From Promethearchaeota archaeon (GTDB lineage: Archaea; Asgardarchaeota; Thorarchaeia; Thorarchaeales; Thorarchaeaceae): a stretch of 64,000 nt of DNA. The stretch spans positions 64,001 to 128,000 of the forward strand of contig WJMJ01000022.1 in the NCBI GenBank assembly GCA_014728035.1, read 5' to 3'. Positions 17,449-27,645 of this stretch are shown here, piece after piece (position 1 is the first letter of the stretch; the number at the start of each line of letters is the position of its first letter). Position numbers and translations under genes: made by a program. The notes under the pieces are model-generated. The model had not been told where the DNA came from. It made no database searches and was given only the letters and a program-made list of their open reading frames with translations.

Positions 17449-18381
17449 CTACCATTTTCTTCTAAATGGAGTATCTTCTTCTTCCTTAGGAATCCATTGG
17501 CCTACCAATGGTGCTGCTATTCTCCCAATGATGTCCCCTTCAAAAACGTAATTCATTCTTGCAAGTGAAACAACTGCACCATCATAGGGACTCTTCATTG
17601 GTCCTTTTCCTTGAATTTCCCCAATAACATCATCCTCTCGAATAACTTCTCCAAGATTTACTTTTGGAACAAAAAAGCCTTCATTCTTGGTATTGATATG
17701 CTGTAACATACCTGTGAATATGCTGGATGTTTCAATTTTATCACCTGGAATCATATCTTTGATTCTCATTAGATTCACAATGGCTTCTCGCACTTCAACA
17801 GCTGCTTGACTGTCTATTTCATTCTTGGATCCTCTCATCTCGATTGAAACAGTTGGAATTCCTTCATGTGCACCTTCTGTTGTAAGAGACCCTCTAATTC
17901 CCGAGCTCTCAATAACTAGGGGAAGGGATATTTGTGAAGCAAGATTTCGAACATGGATATATTCTCGGTGCATGGCAATGACATGGCTAACGCATGCTTG
18001 TAATCCTGTCCTCAATTCAATAACATAGTCTGCCTGCACAGCTCTTCTCCAAATCTCCCAGGCAATTCGTTCTGTCACTGTTCCATGTTCGTTACCTGGG
18101 AATACGCTATCCATGTCTTTTGAATCCAATGGTGAAACTTTTGTGCCCAGACGAAATGCTAGTGGATTAGACACTGGGAGGACCGTAATCGACCCATCAA
18201 TACGGTCTATCTGTTCAAGATGTTTCATAATGAGATAGCTGGCATACATACCACTTGCTGAAAGTCCATCCATCCCAGCTATGATGAGTATGTTTGGTCT
18301 TTCTGTTCCAAAGGTGTAGAATCCAAGAGTGGTTCCCGTTTTAGGATCGATATCGATTGCATCAACTGACGCTTTTACCAT
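17449..18381 (-). CDS. Succinylglutamate desuccinylase/aspartoacylase (M14-like) family, degenerate active site
   Basis: LPVSNPLAF, D.D.VFPG..GT.TERIA and a C-terminal biotinyl-like domain; Zn ligands missing. Confidence 0.75.
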   Translation of the reverse strand: MVKASVDAIDIDPKTGTTLGFYTFGTERPNILIIAGMDGLSASGMYASYLIMKHLEQIDRIDGSITVLPVSNPLAFRLGTKVSPLDSKDMDSVFPGNEHGTVTERIAWEIWRRAVQADYVIELRTGLQACVSHVIAMHREYIHVRNLASQISLPLVIESSGIRGSLTTEGAHEGIPTVSIEMRGSKNEIDSQAAVEVREAIVNLMRIKDMIPGDKIETSSIFTGMLQHINTKNEGFFVPKVNLGEVIREDDVIGEIQGKGPMKSPYDGAVVSLARMNYVFEGDIIGRIAAPLVGQWIPKEEEDTPFRRKW

Positions 18382-18449
18382 GTGTATCCCTTCTGTTCAC
18401 TTCAAATTGTTTTTCGTTTTCTACAATATGAAGCAGTGTATCACTTTCA

Positions 18450-19097
18450 CTAGACACTACAATTTAACCTCTTATCAACATTAAAAACAAACACATCTGT
18501 TTTTCGCTCCTGAGAGAGAAATGAATCATGTCTGCTAATTGCAAATTTGCTATTTAGAGACCAGAAATCAAACTCAAATAGTTCCTCGTGTCCACACATT
18601 TCTGGATTTCCAATCCACATCAATGGTATTCCCATTTTAACCAATTCAATTCCTGCCATTGATAGATATGGTTCCCAACTGATAATCACAAGTGCTGGGT
18701 CATATTCCTCGACTGTTTCAATAGCAGTCTTTTTCTCAACCCATTTTGGATATGCAATGTTGTATCGTCCGGTCTTAGCATCTGTTGTAATAATGTCACA
18801 ATCAAGTCTGGTTCGAATAAATTCTGTTAGTCTTCCATCTCCACTCATTACTTCAGCAATCGGATGATTTCCCTCAATTTGAATGTGTTTTTGTATCGTG
18901 TCCGAAATCTCAAGGATAAATTCTTCGCTATAGATTTGAAATATCCATCTCCCACCTGCATTTGACCCATTACAATATTTTTTCACATCAAAGTCACGCT
19001 CAACAACTTTGAAAAACTCGAGTACTTTCGAATATGGGTACAACTCTTCATGAATATCAATGAATACATCTTGGGTGTACATCCAATCATGGCTCAT
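18450..19097 (-). CDS. Hypothetical methyltransferase-fold protein
   Basis: IAEVMSGDGRL SAM-motif-like segment and IISWEP. Confidence 0.5.
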   Translation of the reverse strand: MSHDWMYTQDVFIDIHEELYPYSKVLEFFKVVERDFDVKKYCNGSNAGGRWIFQIYSEEFILEISDTIQKHIQIEGNHPIAEVMSGDGRLTEFIRTRLDCDIITTDAKTGRYNIAYPKWVEKKTAIETVEEYDPALVIISWEPYLSMAGIELVKMGIPLMWIGNPEMCGHEELFEFDFWSLNSKFAISRHDSFLSQERKTDVFVFNVDKRLNCSV

Positions 19098-19233
19098 AGA
19101 TTCACCCCGTTTGAAGGCTATTTCTCAGTATCTGTTTTGACGTTTTAACACAGTTGTTCAGAATGCGCAATCTAACTCATATTTTTGAGATAAAAGCAAA
19201 AAGACCTATATGTAAATTTTACTAATATCTCAT

Positions 19234-19743
19234 GTGGTCCTAATGGCAATCACACGTAGAATACTACTAATATCAGTCCTTTTCATGTGCTTGACTTTTG
19301 TTATGCCAGCAAATGTTGCAGCATGTGATGCAACCTACAACTCTGATTTCGGTGTGGCCATTGATCATGCAAACTATTCGGATATAGACGGCGACTCTGT
19401 AGCGGATGATGTCTTGACCATCACTCGTATCTTCCATAACTCCGAGTTTACAACAATCAAGAAGACTATAGTCTTCACCACTGTACAGGTACCTTCTGGA
19501 AGGATATTCCACAGTATCTTACATGTGAAAGGTGATTACTCGACAATGGAGGTTACTATTGAATGGTACAACATCGCAAAGGAAGCAGGATGGTACGATT
19601 TGAATGTCTTTGCACTTCTGATTACATCAGATGGTGTAATATTCCTTCATGCCTATGTTTCGTTTGATCCTCCAGAAGGAGGCGATCCCGGTCCACCGTT
19701 GTATCCTGATGCAGAGATCAATGAAACCGTAAATCTGATGTAA
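19234..19743 (+). CDS. Secreted hypothetical protein
   Basis: Signal peptide (TRRILLISVLF..VAA), DIDGD motif and Pro-rich C-terminus. Confidence 0.65.
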   Translation: MVLMAITRRILLISVLFMCLTFVMPANVAACDATYNSDFGVAIDHANYSDIDGDSVADDVLTITRIFHNSEFTTIKKTIVFTTVQVPSGRIFHSILHVKGDYSTMEVTIEWYNIAKEAGWYDLNVFALLITSDGVIFLHAYVSFDPPEGGDPGPPLYPDAEINETVNLM

Positions 19744-19812
19744 ACAATGGAATCAAATAGGATCAAATCTAGATAAAGAGAGAGAGTGTGTGTAGCGGTG
19801 AGCGGGAATCTA

Positions 19813-20916
19813 ATGAAGGATTATCTGTCATTATTGATTGCCATACAGAATAATCCCTTTGGAACCACAGACGAGCTATCTAGTGAATCCGATATATCTA
19901 AACCCACAGTTATCAAAAGGTTGCGTGTTCTACAAGGTGAAAAACGACTTATCCCTGAGGAAGATCCAAAGAAGTATTTCTCAGTAAAACCCATTCTCAA
20001 CTATTCTGCACTTGGATTGGAACCTGTTGATATACTTGCAGAAACCTCTGACTTGCAGTCCACAGAAATTCTGGAAAATGTCGCTTACGAGCACCCTTAT
20101 ACTGCTTACAGAAGCAGATGTTTTGGAAATCCAAATGGGGTGTTGTTTCAATTTAGAACTCCAGCTGGCACCTCCAACCTAATTCAAGAGTTATTCGAAA
20201 TACTCTGGAATCGAGGAACAATATCAGGTTATCATATTCTACCCGTCAAAGATTCTATTCTACGATACACATCGATGCAACTTACTGGATGGAATGAGAA
20301 TGACTCTAGGTGGGAATTCGATTGGAAAAGATGGTTCAAAGCATCGACCCGCAAAAGGGTCGAGTCGCATAAGACTTCCACATCCGTGTTAGAAACTTTG
20401 ACTAAAGATGATTTGCATATTCTTCGTGAACTTATGGTGGATTCCCGTAGGAAGAACCTTGAGATTATAGAACAATTAGCTCAGCGTGGAGTTGATTTTA
20501 CACCTCAGACTTATAGCCGTCATCAACAGATGATTAAAGACCAATGTACTCTGGGGTTTAGAGTAGCGATTGATCCTGAACCGTTTGATGTATTAACTAA
20601 CTTACTTGTGATAGGAACCGCAGATTCTGAGTATCTGCAAGAACTAGTTGCAAAGACCCAATTCATACCTTTCCCATTCGAATCTACAATTAGGATATCC
20701 AACAATCATCTGTTTTGGTATATCAGGTTAAATCAAGACCACGTTTCACCACTGCTAAATGGGCTCTTTGAAAAAATAGAAAATATGCGGGTCTGTTTCC
20801 TAGACTACCGGAACTCGTTTCTCTACAACATCTGGCCTGATGCATTTGATGAAGAAGAAAAAGAATGGCGAGTTGATAGAGCCTTCATGATAGACCGTGT
20901 TACCGACAGTCTATGA
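19813..20916 (+). CDS. Lrp/AsnC-like transcriptional regulator with duplicated wHTH
   Basis: N-terminal HTH (DELSSESDISKPTVIKRLRVL), LNYSALGL and a second HTH (DLHILRELMVDSRRK). Confidence 0.7.
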   Translation: MKDYLSLLIAIQNNPFGTTDELSSESDISKPTVIKRLRVLQGEKRLIPEEDPKKYFSVKPILNYSALGLEPVDILAETSDLQSTEILENVAYEHPYTAYRSRCFGNPNGVLFQFRTPAGTSNLIQELFEILWNRGTISGYHILPVKDSILRYTSMQLTGWNENDSRWEFDWKRWFKASTRKRVESHKTSTSVLETLTKDDLHILRELMVDSRRKNLEIIEQLAQRGVDFTPQTYSRHQQMIKDQCTLGFRVAIDPEPFDVLTNLLVIGTADSEYLQELVAKTQFIPFPFESTIRISNNHLFWYIRLNQDHVSPLLNGLFEKIENMRVCFLDYRNSFLYNIWPDAFDEEEKEWRVDRAFMIDRVTDSL

Positions 20917-20930
20917 AGACTCAATCAACA

Positions 20931-21974
20931 TTAGTTGCCTTTTGTTACTTTGAATACTGATATTGGTGTGGCTGTTTCGAATCTTGCTGCTCCTGCTTCT
21001 TTTACCCATTCTTCCATGGTGTCTTTGTAAAAGAACCCATAAGCTCCCTCTACGACTTTGAAATGGGCTTCACCATACTTGTTTGCGTCTGGGTAGAAAT
21101 TCTGAGTGCCAAATAGGAAACCGCCAGGTTTTAGCACACGAAGCATCTCTGTGATGGCACTTTTTGGATCTGTCCAGTGTAGCACTTGGGATGCATAGAC
21201 AATATCAAAGGTCTCATCATCGAAGGGGATGTTTTCAGCATATCCTGGATGAAACTCCACCGGGAATTCGTTTACTTTGTCTTTGATACTCATGTCATGT
21301 CCGTTGTGCTCGGAGACCATCTGGGCAAACTCCTCTTGTGCTATCCGAAGAAGATTCTCATCTGGATCGATTGCTACTATCTGCATTGGGGACCCATTTT
21401 GGAATAGATCGTTTTCATAGTAGTAAGACCAGATTGCGGCTGTTCCCCGGCCGTTTCCAGAGCCTACATCTAGAAATCTTATAGGCTCTTTCAGCGCGTC
21501 TGCAAAAGCAAAAGCTGCGCGGCGAATTTGTTCATAGAGCTTGTTTGACAGTGCGTCGTCCCAGTTGAATAGATTGAGACCTCCTGTAAATTCAATGTAC
21601 TTCCCTCTAAGTCTGTCAGGTATAGCTCTTGCGTGGTCAACCCAAAGTTCTTGCATGGCATCATCAAAACAGCTTGGGCATTGCCAGGCAAATTGAATCT
21701 CTTCGTCGATGAAAAGGTGGTCATCATCTTGTTCGATCACGCCATCCTCTAGCAAGATTGATAGAAGATATTCTAGGAATTCAATATCTGTATATTTGTA
21801 CTCCGATGCAATCTCCATGATAGTTTTAGGTTCTCTCAGTAAGTCGAACCAACCTTCATTTCTTAAAACTCCCAGAATATTTCCTCGAAAGAAGATGTCT
21901 ATTTCTGTTCTGAGTTTTGACACATTCAAACCAAGTTTCATTAGTTCTTTCCAAGCTTTCAATTTTCTAATCAT
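20931..21974 (-). CDS. Class I SAM methyltransferase with N-terminal wHTH
   Basis: LDVGSGNG, IDPD, AENIPFDDETFD, LHW and RVLKPGG; GGAGGTGA RBS. Confidence 0.88.
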   Translation of the reverse strand: MIRKLKAWKELMKLGLNVSKLRTEIDIFFRGNILGVLRNEGWFDLLREPKTIMEIASEYKYTDIEFLEYLLSILLEDGVIEQDDDHLFIDEEIQFAWQCPSCFDDAMQELWVDHARAIPDRLRGKYIEFTGGLNLFNWDDALSNKLYEQIRRAAFAFADALKEPIRFLDVGSGNGRGTAAIWSYYYENDLFQNGSPMQIVAIDPDENLLRIAQEEFAQMVSEHNGHDMSIKDKVNEFPVEFHPGYAENIPFDDETFDIVYASQVLHWTDPKSAITEMLRVLKPGGFLFGTQNFYPDANKYGEAHFKVVEGAYGFFYKDTMEEWVKEAGAARFETATPISVFKVTKGN

Positions 21975-21988
21975 AATTTCACCTCCTT

Positions 21989-22903
21989 TTATCTTAGTAG
22001 CCCTCGCCTATCCACATAATCTAGCATATCGAAAATTTGTGAAATCTTACCTATTTGCCCCTGTTCGAGGAGATTGATTACACTTGCAGTTCCACTTAAC
22101 AGTGGCATAAGAATTTCTTTTGCAAAGGGATATTTGCGTTCAACTCGCTCCACAATAGATGGTATTCGAGGTATGAATCCAAATTCAATTTTTGAGTATA
22201 GTCGATCATCGGAAGCCAACCTGATTAGTATCTCTGGATTTATCTTTGGATATTCTGATATTACATGCAATCCTAGAATGAGTAAACGTTTGTCAGGTAT
22301 TGCATCCCGATGTGTGTTTTTTGTCAGCTCTTTAAGAAGAATTTTGATAGATGTTATAGCTGCCGCTCCCTTAGCGGTCACGCAGGCAACTCTTGAATTA
22401 TTAATCCAGATTCGCAAGTCTTGATCTGCAATTGTAAAACTCATCTCCTCTGGTAGAGTTTCATATACGCGTTCTGCCTCCTCTACTTTTTTATCGAGTA
22501 ACCTAGCAAGTTCTAACAATCGCACTTTCTCGCTTCCTAGCCCTTCCATGACCCACGAGTCAATTCTGTCCATAATGAATACATTCTCAAGGTAGGGGTG
22601 CGTATGTAGTGCATCAGGTTTTTGAGATACTAGCCAGAGTCTTTTTTCTTCTTCGAGCTTATCAATCTGTTCGACAAAAGCATCTTTGTGACCACGGAAT
22701 AGATGTTTATGGTCCACAACTACAGTGTTAACATGACGTTCATTTCCAATCTCGTGAGCAACTCGATACGTTGTGAGTTGCATACCAAAGAATTTCTCAT
22801 GTGTTGTCTTTGACTCGAATGTTGTTGGGTTTTCAGGATCAAATTTGATAGGCTCATTACATACAGCACATTGAAACTGTGTTATCTGTTGAATTTGACT
22901 CAC
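21989..22903 (-). CDS. C2H2-type zinc-binding domain protein, GTPase partner
   Basis: CAVC..HEIGNERH..VDHKHLFRG; GTG start at 22903 overlaps the GTPase stop, with GGAGGT RBS. Confidence 0.65.
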   Translation of the reverse strand: MSQIQQITQFQCAVCNEPIKFDPENPTTFESKTTHEKFFGMQLTTYRVAHEIGNERHVNTVVVDHKHLFRGHKDAFVEQIDKLEEEKRLWLVSQKPDALHTHPYLENVFIMDRIDSWVMEGLGSEKVRLLELARLLDKKVEEAERVYETLPEEMSFTIADQDLRIWINNSRVACVTAKGAAAITSIKILLKELTKNTHRDAIPDKRLLILGLHVISEYPKINPEILIRLASDDRLYSKIEFGFIPRIPSIVERVERKYPFAKEILMPLLSGTASVINLLEQGQIGKISQIFDMLDYVDRRGLLR

Positions 22904-23568
22904 TATGCTACCTCCTTTTTGAAGAGATGGTCCACCAGCCAACGTTTTATACCATTCATTCCTTGTCCTGTCATACAGCTAATCTCAAAATATTCAACTA
23001 TCTGGGGATTGCCATGGAGAATCGCTTCAATCAACCCTTTGTCCATGGTGCAGTTCAAATCACACTTGTTTCTGACTAGGATAAAGTCGGGAGTTGGGCT
23101 TTTTGTCTGTGATATATAATAGCCAGTCAGCAAGTCCATCCATTCAGTCAAATCAATTAATGATTGAATATTGTCACTTGCAAAAACAAGGATGACTACA
23201 TCCACACCTCCGAGAGCAGTTCGACTAATATCTTTGAGTGCATGAATAGGGGAGTCGAGCTGTCCAGAAATATCGACCATTTGACATACTCCAGTAATGT
23301 CTTCCTCTACTAGATCGGAAGCTGCTATTGCAGATAGGTCGATGAAATGTGTTCGGTGATATTCTGCTTCTCCCTCAAGCAATTCTCCAAGGCTCTTTTT
23401 CTCTCTCAGAACCGTTAGTAAGCTGGTTTTTCCAACGGCCCCAGACCCTGCCATCAGAATCTTTCTGATTCCTTTTCGCAGTTTTATTTCTTCTATCATA
23501 CTCCGGGATGTTTCAGGCTCGTGTTCTTTGGCAGTCAATTTACTCGCACTCATTTTTATCACAGGCAA
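22903..23568 (-). CDS. Divergent Ras-superfamily small GTPase
   Basis: G1 GSGAVGKTS, G3 DISGQ, G4 NKCD, G5 ISC. Confidence 0.88.
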   Translation of the reverse strand: MPVIKMSASKLTAKEHEPETSRSMIEEIKLRKGIRKILMAGSGAVGKTSLLTVLREKKSLGELLEGEAEYHRTHFIDLSAIAASDLVEEDITGVCQMVDISGQLDSPIHALKDISRTALGGVDVVILVFASDNIQSLIDLTEWMDLLTGYYISQTKSPTPDFILVRNKCDLNCTMDKGLIEAILHGNPQIVEYFEISCMTGQGMNGIKRWLVDHLFKKEVA

Positions 23569-23832
23569 ATATACTCCATTATGATATAATAGTAAAATTT
23601 AGATATAAATCTTTACTATTCTACCACTTTCTATTTTTTGCAAAACTGTGCTTTTTTCTAATAGTTAGAAAAAATTGACCATAGAAATATTAGACAAAAA
23701 GAGTCGTTTTTGTATGAGTGAACTAAGGATGTATTGTGTTCTTAGTAGAGATATTTGATTGCGCATGCGAGTACTTTATAGCAGACTTCTTTTTCGGTTC
23801 CATAGTCAATACCACCAATCGAGGTCAATACA

Positions 23833-26736
23833 GTGAGTGAATTCATTAAAATCGAGAAAAAATGGCAGAAACGCTGGAAGAAAGACAAGGTCTTTGAAGC
23901 TGACCCGATTTCAAAAAAGAATAAGTTCTTTCTCACAGTTCCCTATCCATATACAAATGGAGCATTACATATCGGTCACGGAAGAACATACACTGTTGGA
24001 GATCTAATTGCTCGATATAAACGAATGCGTGGCTATAATGTTCTGTTTCCTATGGCTTCACACATGACAGGTACGCCTATTCTGGGTATGGTTGAAAGAA
24101 TCAAAGCCGGTGATCCAAAAGCTATAGAGCAGTACACACGAGACCTGCGTTTGTATTTTGACACAGAGGATGAAGTAGAAGCTCAGTTAGCAAAATTCAC
24201 AGATCCCTGGGTGACTGCAAAATTCTTTGCTGATATCATCTCTAAAGACTTTGATGCACTTGGGTATAGTATTGACTGGAGAAGAAAATTCACAACTGGC
24301 GATAAGATATACAATGCATTCATTCGATGGCAGTATCTCAAGTTTAAAGAAAAGGGATACATCAAACAGGGAAACTATCCCTTACTATTTTGTCCAAACT
24401 GTGGCAATCCCGTAGGAGAGGATGACCTACTAGAGGGTGAAACCGCTAAGGTAAAGGAATTTGTGGCAATAAAATTCCCGTTCGAAGATGGCTTTCTAGT
24501 ACCAGCAACCCTTCGTCCAGAAACCATCTTTGGGATAACCAACATGTGGATTAACCCAAGTGCGACATACGTTTGGGCAAATGTTGATGGCGAGAAATGG
24601 GTGGTGGCAAAAGCAGCAGTCGAGAAGCTGAAGCTTCAAGCTAAAGAGGTTGAAATCCTCGAAGAGTTTCCCGGGTCAGAAATCATTGGTAAGTCTCACA
24701 AGGCTATTCACGAAGACAGAGATGTACCCATTCTTCCAGCTCCCTTTGTAAATCCTCAGAATGCAACAGGTGTTGTTTATTCAGTTCCTGGTCATGCACC
24801 GTTTGACTATATTGCCTTACGTGACTTGTGGGATGACCCATCAGGATTGGATAAGTATGGTATCACGCCTGAAGACGTCCACGCTATTGAGATAATCGGG
24901 ATGATTGACATCAAAGGTTATGGCAAGTATCCTGCAAAAGAAGCTGTTGAGAAACGAGATATCAAGTCGCAGAGCGAAGGCCAAAAACTGGAAGATGCAA
25001 CTCAAGAAATCTACAAAGCAGAATTCTATGAGGGCAAAATGAAGGACAACTGTGGTGAATTTTCAGGTCGTCTGATTAAAGAAGTCAAAGATGACGTGAT
25101 TGCTTGGCTAAAAAAGAATAACCGCTGTGATAAATTCTATGAACCAGATACACGTCCTGTGGTCTGTAAATGCGGTACTGATGTACAAGTCGGTGTCTTT
25201 GCAGGTCAGTGGTTTCTTGATTATCAAAGCGAGGGTTGGAAGGAAACAGCTTGGAAAGCATTGAATGAGATGGATATCGTTCCTGAAACTTTCAGAAATC
25301 TGTTTGAAGCTACCTTTGATTGGTTAACACAACGTCCTTGCGCAAGGAAGCGTGGTATTGGTACTCGTTTACCATTTGACGAGGAATGGATAATTGAGTC
25401 ATTATCAGACTCTACAATCTATATGGCATTCTATACAATCGCTCATCATATCAAACAAAATAAGATTAAAGAAGACCAATTGGTTCCTGAAGTCTTCGAT
25501 TATGTCTTTCTAGGAAAACGGACTCCTGCTAAAATTGCTGAGCAGACTGGAATTGATGCAAAATTACTCAAGACAATGCGTAATGAGTTCAAGTATTGGT
25601 ATCCAAATGATCAACGGCACACAGCGCCCTCACACATCTCTAATCATTTGAGTTTCGCAATATTTCATCATGTAGCTATCTTTCCAGAGAAAAACTGGAT
25701 ACAATGTATCAGCTTGAATGAGCATGTCAATCTGGAAGGAATGAAGATGTCCAAGAGCAAAGGTAATGTCATTCCACTTGTTGAAATACCCAAAAAATAC
25801 GGGGCTGATGTCTATCGTACATACGCGATATCAGCAGCAGAACCTGGAAGTCTCATGGACTTTCGTGAAAAGGATGTACCTGCTGTCCGTAACCGAATCA
25901 ATAACTTTCAAGAGATTGTTACGAAATATTCCAAGAAAACACCAAAAGTCTATAGAAAGAAAGACAAGCCCACTTTGATGACACGTTGGCTGTTATCTAA
26001 AGTCAATTCACTCGTAGACCAATGTACCACTGATTTGGATAACTTCCGTCTTCGTGATTATGCTATTCGAGCGACATCGGAGATGGCACGAGCAGTCAAT
26101 ATGTATCTAAATCGGCCTGAAGTGCCAGATGAAGAACGTGATGGTACACTGGCATATGTTGCTGATATCTGGGTCAGGTTGATGGCTCCCATGACTCCCC
26201 ACATTTCTGAAGAGCTCTGGCATAAGCTGGGGCGTGATAATTATGTTTCTCTGACCGATTGGCCGAAAGCTGACAAAAAACTGATTGATTCTGCTGTGGA
26301 ATCCTCTCTTGAAGTAGTTAGAAACACTCTGGCTGATGTTCGTGAAATCACCCGATTATTGAAAGATAAAACTCCATCCAAGGTGTACATGTATGTGGCA
26401 CCACAATGGATGTTTGATGCAATGAATAGTATTGAAGAGGCTAACATACCCACAATCATTGGAAAGATTATGAAGCACCTCATGTCTAATCCTGAGTTTC
26501 GAAAACATGGCAAAGAGGTCAAGTCCATTGTTGACCGTATCGCCAAAGAGAATGGATTATGGGTACATTCAGAGAGTGCTAAGGATGAGATACAGATTCT
26601 AGAAGATTCTACATCATTCTTAGAAACCGAATTAGGCCTAAAGGTGATTATTCATTCTGCAGAAGAACCTGAATACGATCCACAAAACAAAGCTCGTTTC
26701 GCATTACCCGGTCGTCCCTCTCTATTGCTCGAGTAA
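23833..26736 (+). CDS. leuS: Leucine--tRNA ligase, archaeal type
   Basis: PYPY..HIGH, TLRPET, SLSDSTIY, KMSKS and ALPGRP. Confidence 0.97.
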   Translation: MSEFIKIEKKWQKRWKKDKVFEADPISKKNKFFLTVPYPYTNGALHIGHGRTYTVGDLIARYKRMRGYNVLFPMASHMTGTPILGMVERIKAGDPKAIEQYTRDLRLYFDTEDEVEAQLAKFTDPWVTAKFFADIISKDFDALGYSIDWRRKFTTGDKIYNAFIRWQYLKFKEKGYIKQGNYPLLFCPNCGNPVGEDDLLEGETAKVKEFVAIKFPFEDGFLVPATLRPETIFGITNMWINPSATYVWANVDGEKWVVAKAAVEKLKLQAKEVEILEEFPGSEIIGKSHKAIHEDRDVPILPAPFVNPQNATGVVYSVPGHAPFDYIALRDLWDDPSGLDKYGITPEDVHAIEIIGMIDIKGYGKYPAKEAVEKRDIKSQSEGQKLEDATQEIYKAEFYEGKMKDNCGEFSGRLIKEVKDDVIAWLKKNNRCDKFYEPDTRPVVCKCGTDVQVGVFAGQWFLDYQSEGWKETAWKALNEMDIVPETFRNLFEATFDWLTQRPCARKRGIGTRLPFDEEWIIESLSDSTIYMAFYTIAHHIKQNKIKEDQLVPEVFDYVFLGKRTPAKIAEQTGIDAKLLKTMRNEFKYWYPNDQRHTAPSHISNHLSFAIFHHVAIFPEKNWIQCISLNEHVNLEGMKMSKSKGNVIPLVEIPKKYGADVYRTYAISAAEPGSLMDFREKDVPAVRNRINNFQEIVTKYSKKTPKVYRKKDKPTLMTRWLLSKVNSLVDQCTTDLDNFRLRDYAIRATSEMARAVNMYLNRPEVPDEERDGTLAYVADIWVRLMAPMTPHISEELWHKLGRDNYVSLTDWPKADKKLIDSAVESSLEVVRNTLADVREITRLLKDKTPSKVYMYVAPQWMFDAMNSIEEANIPTIIGKIMKHLMSNPEFRKHGKEVKSIVDRIAKENGLWVHSESAKDEIQILEDSTSFLETELGLKVIIHSAEEPEYDPQNKARFALPGRPSLLLE

Positions 26737-26757
26737 CGATTCAAAAACCGAATCGTT
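26735..26757 (+). terminator. Hairpin after leuS
   Basis: AACGATTC/GAATCGTT stem. Confidence 0.45.
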
Positions 26758-26827
26758 CACTCAAATTTCATGACTGAAAGGTATTTAATTAACTATATCA
26801 TATCTTAGATATGGAGAGGTTATCAGG

Positions 26828-27103
26828 ATGGACATGATACGGGTAGTTTCGCCTCCTCACTGTAGGAAAGGACCAGCAAGATGTTCTGAGTGTAGAAAAG
26901 CAGCTCGAGTCAAAAAAATCTGCCATATTCATGTCTATACCACCACAAGTGAGAATTTCAGGCCCATAATCGAGATGGAGATTCGTGGGATTCCTGGATT
27001 TTACGAGTATGAGATAATTGAGGTCTTTGAATCTCCAAATGATGCTATCGAGTATGCGAAAAGAAATGATATCAGCAATATTGACCTTTCAATGGGACGT
27101 TGA
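26828..27103 (+). CDS. Small Cys-containing hypothetical protein
   Basis: PHC..RCSEC; GGAGAGG RBS. Confidence 0.65.
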   Translation: MDMIRVVSPPHCRKGPARCSECRKAARVKKICHIHVYTTTSENFRPIIEMEIRGIPGFYEYEIIEVFESPNDAIEYAKRNDISNIDLSMGR

Positions 27104-27106
27104 ATT

Positions 27107-27562
27107 TCAATAGGTTGTATATCTCGGTTTATTATCCTTAAACCAGCTTGGAACTTCAGCATTATCTACACGGTCAGAAGATGGCATGTATGGTTTAATA
27201 TCAACGATTGGTGTATTATCGAAAGCATCTATCTGATCTATGATTATCTTCTTCGATTCTGGAACTATCCGTTTTATTGCTACAATCGATACTCCAATTG
27301 GCGTGGGTCGACGGGGTGACCGGGTGGCAAATACTCCTGACAGTTCTGCGTTTTCCTTTGGAGGTGTTCCAGTCAAGTTCATTCTGTCTAGTGTTCTATC
27401 TTTCTCAGTAATCCACCAGAGTACAATGATATGAGAGAATTTCTCCATGTTTAAGGTGGCATCCCAAAATTGATCTTCTATCTGTATGAAGATGGTATCG
27501 TCATCAGGTTTTCGTACTCTTCCAACTATCTTTGCACATAATTCAGGTTTGACGTCCATCAT
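27107..27562 (-). CDS. tsaA: tRNA (N6-threonylcarbamoyl-A37)-methyltransferase TrmO/TsaA
   Basis: GVFATRSPRRPTPIG and DAFDNTPIVDIKPY. Confidence 0.9.
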   Translation of the reverse strand: MMDVKPELCAKIVGRVRKPDDDTIFIQIEDQFWDATLNMEKFSHIIVLWWITEKDRTLDRMNLTGTPPKENAELSGVFATRSPRRPTPIGVSIVAIKRIVPESKKIIIDQIDAFDNTPIVDIKPYMPSSDRVDNAEVPSWFKDNKPRYTTY

Positions 27563-27645
27563 TTTCTTGACACCAACGAATAGCTACCGACTAATGACGG
27601 GAAACTTCTCCCTCATGAAGCTTCCTCTTGTCAATATACTTCTTA

